Assembly (NCBI GenBank): GCA_963725865.1
Contig: CAVSAC010000014.1
Coordinates: 960,001 to 1,024,000, forward strand
Direction: 5' to 3'
DNA: 64,000 nucleotides
Source: Candidatus Eiseniibacteriota bacterium
GTDB taxonomy: Bacteria > Eisenbacteria > RBG-16-71-46
Position numbers and translations under genes: made by a program. Below the pieces are notes generated by a model. It made no database searches. It saw only the letters and a list, made by a program, of their open reading frames with translations, and was not told the origin of the DNA. This document shows positions 57,664 to 64,000 of this stretch, piece after piece (positions within the stretch are counted from its first letter, which is position 1; every line of letters begins with the position of its first letter).

Positions 57664-57761
57664 CGAAGTGATCTCCGGAGCCAGAGGCCCAAGTGGGGTT
57701 GCGCGCGCGGAAGCGCGCGGTGCGACCGGGGCCGCATCTTAGCATCCGCTCGCCGCGGCGC

Positions 57762-58985
57762 TCACGCGCCCGCGCGGGCTCGGCGCTCGAGCGCCGCGAT
57801 GCGCGCGTCCACCGCGCGCCGCAGCCGGCGCCACGCCGCCGCCACCTGGCGCGCGTTCGCCTGGGCATAGGCGAGCGCCATGCGGGGGTCGCTGGCGGCC
57901 AGTCGCGTCATGCTGCGGAAACCCGGACCGCTGAGCCCGCGCGCGTGCGCGGCCGCGCCGAGGTCGTCGAGCGCCCGCGCGAGTACCCACGGCAGGTGGC
58001 TGGTGCGCGCGAGCGCCGCGTCGTGCAGCGCCGGCGTGCAGACCAGCGCCCGCCCGCCCACCGCGCGCACCAGCGCGCGGGCGAGCGGCGGCACCGTGCG
58101 GCGCACCGGCAGCAGCACGAACGTCTCGCCCAGGAACAGGTCGGCACGCGCCGCCGCGAACCCGCGGCCTTCGGTGCCGGCGAGCGGATGGCCGCCGACC
58201 GCGCGCAGCCCGGCGCGCGCGGCGCGCTCGAGCGCGCTCGTGACCGGCGCGCGCGCGCTCCCGGTGTCGAGCAGGCACGCCCCGCGCGGCAGCGCGGCGG
58301 TCATCGCCGCCAGCACCGCCGGCAGGCGGTCGACCGGGACCGCGGCCACCGCGACGTCCGCCGACACGCAGGCGGCCGCCAGCGAGGGCGCCGCCTCGTC
58401 GATGGCACCGGCGGCACGCGCGCGATGGAGCACGCGCCGGTCGCGGTCGAAGCCCACGCGCACCCAGCCCCCGGCGCGTCCGAGCGCCAGCCCCAGCGAG
58501 CCGCCGATCTGACCGAGACCGATCAACGCCACGCGGCGCGCGGCCGCCGCGGTCGTCGCTCGCGCATGCGCCGGAGCCGGCGCCGGCAGCTCGCGCGGCG
58601 CCGGCGCGCGCCTCGCGAACAGGTCGGGCCGCAGCACCGCCGCGCCATCGAGGTACGCCGGCGTCAGGCGCACGCCGCGCGGCACCTCGCGCACCGTGAG
58701 CAGCACGCGCACGACGCGCCCGGGCGCGCCGGGCACGCGCATCTCCTGCGCCCCCAGCAGCGGCACGTCACGCCAGCCCAACCGGCGTGCCGCGTGGGCC
58801 GGGAAGTCGGCGTCGAGATCGGGCGTGGCGGTGAACACCGCGCTCACCACCTGGCCGGGCGTGAGGCCGTTCAGGTCGAGCAGCGCCACCAGCAGGCGCG
58901 TGGTGGCGTCGAGGATGGCGTCGGAGGTGTTCGACGCCACCAGGATGGCGCCGCGCACGGCGGCGGTCTGGAGCGGGCGGGGCAT
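57762..58985 (-). CDS. AroH-type chorismate mutase fused to prephenate dehydrogenase
   Basis: VRGA...FTATPDLDADFPA...EMRVPG...YLDGAAVLRPD (AroH); IGLGQIGGS, DTGS, GGHPLAG, HD...SHLP, MTRLA (TyrA). Confidence 0.88.
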   Translation of the reverse strand: MPRPLQTAAVRGAILVASNTSDAILDATTRLLVALLDLNGLTPGQVVSAVFTATPDLDADFPAHAARRLGWRDVPLLGAQEMRVPGAPGRVVRVLLTVREVPRGVRLTPAYLDGAAVLRPDLFARRAPAPRELPAPAPAHARATTAAAARRVALIGLGQIGGSLGLALGRAGGWVRVGFDRDRRVLHRARAAGAIDEAAPSLAAACVSADVAVAAVPVDRLPAVLAAMTAALPRGACLLDTGSARAPVTSALERAARAGLRAVGGHPLAGTEGRGFAAARADLFLGETFVLLPVRRTVPPLARALVRAVGGRALVCTPALHDAALARTSHLPWVLARALDDLGAAAHARGLSGPGFRSMTRLAASDPRMALAYAQANARQVAAAWRRLRRAVDARIAALERRARAGA

Positions 58986-59025
58986 GGCTCCTCCTGCGGG
59001 GCCCGCGCAGGAGGGTGGAACGGAA

Positions 59026-59059
59026 GAACCCACCTCCGCGGGAACGCGGAAGTGGGTTC
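59026..59059 (-). terminator. Attenuator terminator (3:4 hairpin)
   Basis: gaacccacttccgcg-ttcc-cgcggaggtgggttc followed by ttccgtt on the minus strand. Confidence 0.75.
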
Positions 59060-59078
59060 GAGTCGGACGCGATTCGCG

Positions 59079-59153
59079 CTACGCCCGGCCCCACTCCGCG
59101 CGGGAGCGGGGATACGAGTACCGGACGAAGGTCGCGACGACGCGGGATCGCAT
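59079..59153 (-). CDS. Aromatic amino acid attenuator leader peptide (24 aa)
   Basis: MRSRVVATFVRYSYPRSRAEWGRA*; F9, Y12 and Y14 immediately precede segment 1. Confidence 0.7.
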   Translation of the reverse strand: MRSRVVATFVRYSYPRSRAEWGRA

Positions 59154-59279
59154 GCGCCGAGGCTACGGGCGGCCCGCGCTCGCCGTCAACGAAGAACCGC
59201 GCGGCCGCGCCGGCCGCTGGCGCCCGCGCGGCCGCGCGGGCCGCTGGCGCCCGCCCACCGGGGGCTCGGGGACTCGTTC

Positions 59280-59503
59280 GCTTGCTCGAGCGGTCGTCGG
59301 GAGCGGCTGACCTGCTCCGACGGTGTCCTCCAGACCCGTTCCGCAAGTTCGCGGGGGCGGCGAGGAGCCGGGCATCCTCCGGGCTTCTAATCCACTTCGT
59401 CGGGCGAAGCCCTCCGGACGCCCGCCTCCTCGCCGCCTGCGCCCGACGAAGTGGATTAGCCCCCGGAGCAGGTCAGCCGCTCCCGACGAGCGCTCGAGCA
59501 GGC
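59280..59503. repeat. Nested inverted-repeat element (MITE/REP-like)
   Basis: 40-bp terminal IR (2 mismatches) 59280-59319/59464-59503; perfect 20-bp IR 59387-59406/59440-59459. Confidence 0.8.
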
Positions 59504-59590
59504 GCCGCATGAGACTGAACTAGCACCGGATGAAACCGAGCGGACCACGGAGATCGCCAATCAGGGCCGGCCCGTGACCGGGCGCCGCGC

Positions 59591-61231
59591 CTACACGTCG
59601 GGCGTGGCGACCGGGGGCGGCTCGGCTGCGGGGGCCGGCTGCTCGGCGTACATGATGGCGAAGTAGTCGTTCACCATGCGGTCGGACGAGAACTGCGTCT
59701 CGCCCATCCGGACGCTCTCGACCATCATCCGTTGCCAGCGCGGCGGGTCGTTCCACGTCGGCAGCACCTCGCCCTCGAGCACCCGATAGAGGTTCTTCAG
59801 ATCGGTGTCGTCGTCCGTGTTCGTGTTGTCGCCGATCGCCCAGCCCGTCTCGCCGTGCCGGCAGCCCTCGGGCCACCAGCCGTCGAGGATGCTCAGGTTC
59901 AACACCCCGTTCATCGCGGCCTTCATGCCCGACGTGCCGCTCGCTTCGAGCGGGCGCGTCGGGTTGTTGAGCCACACGTCCGCGCCGCGCACCAGGGTGC
60001 GCGCGATCGCCATCTCGTAGTTCTCGATGAACACCACGCGGCCGGGGTGCTTCTGCTGCGATTTGACCAGCCGCGCCACGATCGCCTTGCCCGTGCGGTC
60101 GTCGGGGTGCGCCTTGCCCGAGAACAGCAGGTTCACCGGATGGTTCGCCAGCAGCCCCTCGAGCCGCACCTCGTCGCGCAGGATCAGGTCGCTGCGCTTG
60201 TAGCCCGCCGCCCGCCGCGCGAAGCCGATCGTGAGCGAGCCCGGATCCAGCTTCACGCCATTGCGGCGCTCCACCTCGGCGAGCAACTCGCCCTTCAGCA
60301 CCGCGTGCGACGCGGCCAGCTTCGCGGGGTCGTGCTGCGCCGCGCGGATGCGCGCATCCTGCCAGGTCGGCACGTGCACGCCGTTGGTGACGTGCGTGAT
60401 CGGCGCCGCATTGTCCACGTGCTTCCACATCGCCCGCGCAGTCTCGCCATGGAGCGCCGCGACCGCGTTCGCCTTGCGCGCCAGCCGCAGCCCCGCGACC
60501 GTCATGTTGAACGGATCGCCGCCCAGCGTGCGCATCTCGGCGCCCGACAACTGGAGGCAGGCGCCCATGCGCCGCAGCTCCTTCAACGGGTGCTCCTCGT
60601 TGCCCGCCAACACCGGCGTGTGGGTGGTGAACACGATGTGCCGGCGCACGGCGGCCCACGCGGCGGGGAAGTCGTAGTTGCGCTCCTCCATGCGCGAGCA
60701 GATCAGCTCGATGCCCGCGAAGACCGCGTGGCCTTCGTTGAAGTGGTAGGTCGAGATCGGGATGCCGAGCCAGTTCAGGGCGCGCACGCCGCCGATCCCG
60801 AGCAGCATCTCCTGCGCGATGCGCACGTCGGTGCCGGCCTCGTAGAGCCGGTGGGTGATCCACCGATCGGCCGCGTGGACGGGCTCGAGCAGGAAAAGCG
60901 GCACGTGCCCGTAGCGCTCGGTCCAGCGCACCGCGCACGTCACCTCGTTGCCGCGCACCCGGACCCGCACCCGCACGCCGGTGTCCTGCAGGAAGCCGTG
61001 ATCGTAGGTCGGATACTGATCGTAGGGCTGGCCGTCAGCGTCGATGCGCTGCTCGGAGAAGCCGCGCTCCCAGCGCAGCCCGACGCCCACCACGGGGCGC
61101 TTCAGGTCGTGCGCCGACTTGATGAAGTCGCCGGCCAGGATGCCGAGCCCGCCCGAGTAGATCGGGAACGACGGGTCGACACCGAACTCCATGCAGAAAT
61201 ACGCGACGTGCGGGGTGCGGCGGATGGGCAT
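59591..61231 (-). CDS. glgP: Alpha-glucan phosphorylase
   Basis: YFCMEFG, YSGGLGILAGD, HFNEGH, ARRAAGYKR, EASGTSGMKAAMNG. Confidence 0.95.
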   Translation of the reverse strand: MPIRRTPHVAYFCMEFGVDPSFPIYSGGLGILAGDFIKSAHDLKRPVVGVGLRWERGFSEQRIDADGQPYDQYPTYDHGFLQDTGVRVRVRVRGNEVTCAVRWTERYGHVPLFLLEPVHAADRWITHRLYEAGTDVRIAQEMLLGIGGVRALNWLGIPISTYHFNEGHAVFAGIELICSRMEERNYDFPAAWAAVRRHIVFTTHTPVLAGNEEHPLKELRRMGACLQLSGAEMRTLGGDPFNMTVAGLRLARKANAVAALHGETARAMWKHVDNAAPITHVTNGVHVPTWQDARIRAAQHDPAKLAASHAVLKGELLAEVERRNGVKLDPGSLTIGFARRAAGYKRSDLILRDEVRLEGLLANHPVNLLFSGKAHPDDRTGKAIVARLVKSQQKHPGRVVFIENYEMAIARTLVRGADVWLNNPTRPLEASGTSGMKAAMNGVLNLSILDGWWPEGCRHGETGWAIGDNTNTDDDTDLKNLYRVLEGEVLPTWNDPPRWQRMMVESVRMGETQFSSDRMVNDYFAIMYAEQPAPAAEPPPVATPDV

Positions 61232-61445
61232 GTAGGGCGCTCGCGACTAGGGACGCGTGGACATCGCCGGGCTCACGGGCGCGGGATTCTATGGTCTTGG
61301 AGGTCGGGTTGTCACGCGCGAGGGGCCGCGCACGCCGCTCCATCCACGTTGTCGGCCGACCAGCGCGCGGGCTGGAGCGACGCGTGATTTCCCCGCCGGC
61401 GACTCACCGGCTAGAGTGGCGCCCCACCATGGAAGGAGGCGCTGC

Positions 61446-62174
61446 ATGAACGACACGCGCGTCGTGCGCGGACTGCTGATGGCGGCCGCGCTCGTGATCG
61501 CGGGCTGGCTGGTCGGGCGGGGGCTGGTGCAATTCCGGGTCGGCGACCGCACCGTGAGCGTGAAGGGGGTCGCCGAGCGCACGGTGAAGGCGGACGTGGC
61601 GCTGTGGCCGCTGCGGCTGGTCGCCGCCGACAACGATCTGGTGGTGGCGCAGCGGCGCATCCAGCAGAACCGGCGCACCGTGGCCACGTTCCTGCAGGTG
61701 CACGGCATCGACTCCAGCCACGTCGAGCTCCAGGGGATCTCGGCCACCGACACGCGCGCCAACGCTTACGGCGACGGCGGCCGCACGCCGATGAACCGGT
61801 ACATCGTGAACATGACGCTCATGGTGCGCACCGGTGACGTCGACCGGCTCGCGACCGCCAGCCAGGACGTCGGCGACCTGTTGGCGGCCGGCGTGGTGTT
61901 CTCGAGCGGCGAGTACGGCGGGAGCGGGCCCACCTACCTGTTCACGCGCCTCAACGATCTCAAGCCGGAGATGCTCGCCGAGGCCAACGCGAACGCGAAG
62001 AAGGCCGCGGAGGAGTTCGCGCGGTCGTCGCGGGCTCAGGTGGGCGGTATCCGGCGCGCCTACCAGGGCGTGTTCGAGATCCTCGCGCGCGATCCGGCGC
62101 CCGGCATCATGCAGGAGAGCCAGATCCAGAAGACGCTGCGCGTGGTGACGACCGTGGAGTACGGGTTGCGCTGA
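61446..62174 (+). CDS. SIMPL (DUF541) domain protein
   Basis: RTVSVKGVAERTVKAD.A.W, LNDLKPEML, KTLRVVTTVEY. Confidence 0.88.
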   Translation: MNDTRVVRGLLMAAALVIAGWLVGRGLVQFRVGDRTVSVKGVAERTVKADVALWPLRLVAADNDLVVAQRRIQQNRRTVATFLQVHGIDSSHVELQGISATDTRANAYGDGGRTPMNRYIVNMTLMVRTGDVDRLATASQDVGDLLAAGVVFSSGEYGGSGPTYLFTRLNDLKPEMLAEANANAKKAAEEFARSSRAQVGGIRRAYQGVFEILARDPAPGIMQESQIQKTLRVVTTVEYGLR

Positions 62175-62264
62175 GCCGCGTCCCGCGCCGCGAGGCGCCC
62201 GCTGGTCCGATCGCCGCCCGCGCATCCGCGGGCGGCGTTCGCGCGTCCGGCGCGGCGGAGGCGA

Positions 62265-62624
62265 TCAGCTCTTGATCCACATCCGCAGGGCGATGAGCAC
62301 CATGAACACCGCGAACGAGCGCTGCAACACGCGCGGCGAGAGGCTCAGCCCGAGCTTGGCGCCGAACAGCGCGCCGATGAACAGCCCCAGCGCGATCCAC
62401 AGCGACGCGCTGATCTGCAGTTCGCCGCGCTGCCAGTACTGCCACGCGCCGAGCAGTCCGACCGGCAGCAGCAGGGCACCGAGCGAGGTCCCGGTGGCGA
62501 GCTGCGGCTTCATGCCCACGAGCAGGATGAGCGCGGGCACGATGACGATGCCGCCGCCGATTCCGAACAGTCCGGAGAGGACCCCGGCGGCGAGACCGAG
62601 CAGCAGGAAGAGGGCGGTGTTCAT
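62265..62624 (-). CDS. Half-size TauE/SafE (TSUP) family membrane protein
   Basis: GVLSGLFGIGGG.VIVP, ATGTSL; 4 TMs. Confidence 0.85.
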   Translation of the reverse strand: MNTALFLLLGLAAGVLSGLFGIGGGIVIVPALILLVGMKPQLATGTSLGALLLPVGLLGAWQYWQRGELQISASLWIALGLFIGALFGAKLGLSLSPRVLQRSFAVFMVLIALRMWIKS

Positions 62625-62654
62625 GGAGCCTCCGGGAGTGGCGATCGGACCGGG

Positions 62655-62849
62655 TCAGGTCCGCATGTGTGGGTCACGCCGCACCACGATGGTGTTCGCG
62701 ATCATGTCGTGGACGCACTGGTGGCGGCTGGTGAAGAGCCCGATGATCAGGTCGAAGGGGACGATGCGTCCAGCGGACCGCAGCAGCCCGGCGTCCTGCA
62801 GCGGCGACTCGGCGGAGGCGGAGGCAACGGACGCGACGCGGTCATCCAT
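62655..62849 (-). pseudogene. Short RDD-family C-terminal fragment
   Basis: ...LLR...RHQCVHDMIANTIVV matches the RDD C-terminal motif; N-terminal RD motif and TMs absent. Confidence 0.45.
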
Positions 62850-62866
62850 GCGACATCGCGCCCCGC

Positions 62867-64000
62867 CTACGCCCCGCTGCTGCTGACGGCGGTGTCCGCG
62901 GCGCCGCCCTCGACCACCCAGCGCACACCCTTCGAGCACGGGCAGGTGCCGCCCACGCGCTTGAGCTTCGGCATCGCCATGATCGCGTCCTTCACCGTCA
63001 GCGTGCCCGCCGCGACCCCGCGCAGCGCCTTTGCGTAGTTCGTCATGTCGCGGCTGGCGACGTAGCCCTCGTTGAGCTGCTTCGCGAGGTAGCGCAGGTA
63101 CTCCTCGGCGTCGGTGAACGCCTCGCCGTCGACGCCCACCATCTGGAAGGCCGACTCGCCCTTGCGGCGGAAGAACCGCCGGTCGGGCGTGCGCAGCAGG
63201 TCCTCGCACCGCACGCCGCGGTGCACGCCGTGGTCGCCCTGAATCGCTGCCAGCGCCTGCTCGGCCTGCTCCGGCGTGTACTCGGGGAAGCGCGCGCGCA
63301 GGAAGCGCAGGTTGATGTCGCGCATCATGCGCCGGACCTCCTCGATGTAGCGGTCCTGCGCCTCGCGGTTCTTGAGGTCCTTGAACCCGAACTTCACGTT
63401 GGTGTCGCCGCCGCGCTCGTCGCCGAACATCTCGAGCGCGCGCGGGAACCACTTGCTGACCGCGCGCTGGATCGCCTGCATGGTGATGAACGGGTCGCCC
63501 TGCGCGGCCTTCTGCGCCCAGCGCCGCATCGGAATCACCCCGGCCGCGAGGTGGAACGCCTCCTCGCGCAGCATGTGCGGCATGCTATCGGCCATCGGCT
63601 TGTACGCGCAGACCTTCTGCATCGTGAGCTGGTACTTGCCGACGCGGTCGACCAGCGCGGCGAACACGATGTTGTCGATGAACGAGTCGTAGTCGAGGTT
63701 GAACGCGTCGAGGACGTGGTTGCCCGTCTGCATCGACAGGATCTCCTCGACCATCTGCTCGCCGGTCACGCCGCCCGAGACGTGCGACCAGTCCTTCGAC
63801 AGCAGCAGGTGGAGCATCTGGTAGCCGTGGCGCAGCTCCTCGGCCATCACGCGCAGCACCCAGGTGCGGTCCTGGTCGTCGGTCGCGCGCTCGAGGGTGC
63901 CGGCGTGCTGCTGGATGGAGCCGAACTCGGTCGAGGCCTGCGCCTTGATGATCGCGAGCAGGTGGCGCGCCTCCTCCTCGCTCATCTCGTCGGGATTCTG
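62867..64000 (-). CDS. Di-iron ferritin-like oxygenase subunit (BoxB/PaaA-like), 5' partial
   Basis: Q.STE..S, EELRHGYQM, LDAFN, DRVGKYQL, EEAFH di-iron ligand motifs; frame continues past the window edge. Confidence 0.8.
   Translation of the reverse strand, partial: QNPDEMSEEEARHLLAIIKAQASTEFGSIQQHAGTLERATDDQDRTWVLRVMAEELRHGYQMLHLLLSKDWSHVSGGVTGEQMVEEILSMQTGNHVLDAFNLDYDSFIDNIVFAALVDRVGKYQLTMQKVCAYKPMADSMPHMLREEAFHLAAGVIPMRRWAQKAAQGDPFITMQAIQRAVSKWFPRALEMFGDERGGDTNVKFGFKDLKNREAQDRYIEEVRRMMRDINLRFLRARFPEYTPEQAEQALAAIQGDHGVHRGVRCEDLLRTPDRRFFRRKGESAFQMVGVDGEAFTDAEEYLRYLAKQLNEGYVASRDMTNYAKALRGVAAGTLTVKDAIMAMPKLKRVGGTCPCSKGVRWVVEGGAADTAVSSSGA

Noticed and set aside
59198..59254. 27-bp GC-rich tandem duplication
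   Set aside because: Two copies of low-complexity sequence; probably slippage with no evident function

Overview
A GC-rich bacterial chromosomal segment of about 50 genes, mostly housekeeping and envelope functions. The gene content (T9SS/FlgD-like C-terminal domains, a 'TWGxIKxxYR' C-terminal tail, OM barrels, sigma54 promoters) suggests a diderm FCB-related lineage such as Ca. Eisenbacteria; this is an inference. Recognisable genes include corA (3' end), groES-groEL, efp, a Rho paralogue, a PduO-type adenosyltransferase, a ~900-aa GreA-domain protein, nadE, an ABC-2/MFS export operon, pepA, rlmD, an N-terminally truncated Lon, an S11 peptidase, a BshB1-like deacetylase, an AroH-TyrA fusion, glgP and a BoxB/PaaA-like di-iron protein. 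I saw no rRNA, tRNA, CRISPR array, transposase or prophage. The most interesting signals are non-coding: a complete Phe/Tyr leader-peptide attenuator in front of aroH-tyrA, several unannotated promoter-driven structured RNAs (about 278-499, 15837-15975, 21565-21766 and 25724-25982, the last upstream of nadE), and a nested inverted-repeat element at 59280-59503. Several core machines are atypical: Rho without its OB fold, EF-P with Asn at the loop tip, a bEBP lacking GAFTGA and Walker B, and Lon lacking its N-domain and Walker-B Glu. All calls come from reading motifs by eye; no searches were run.
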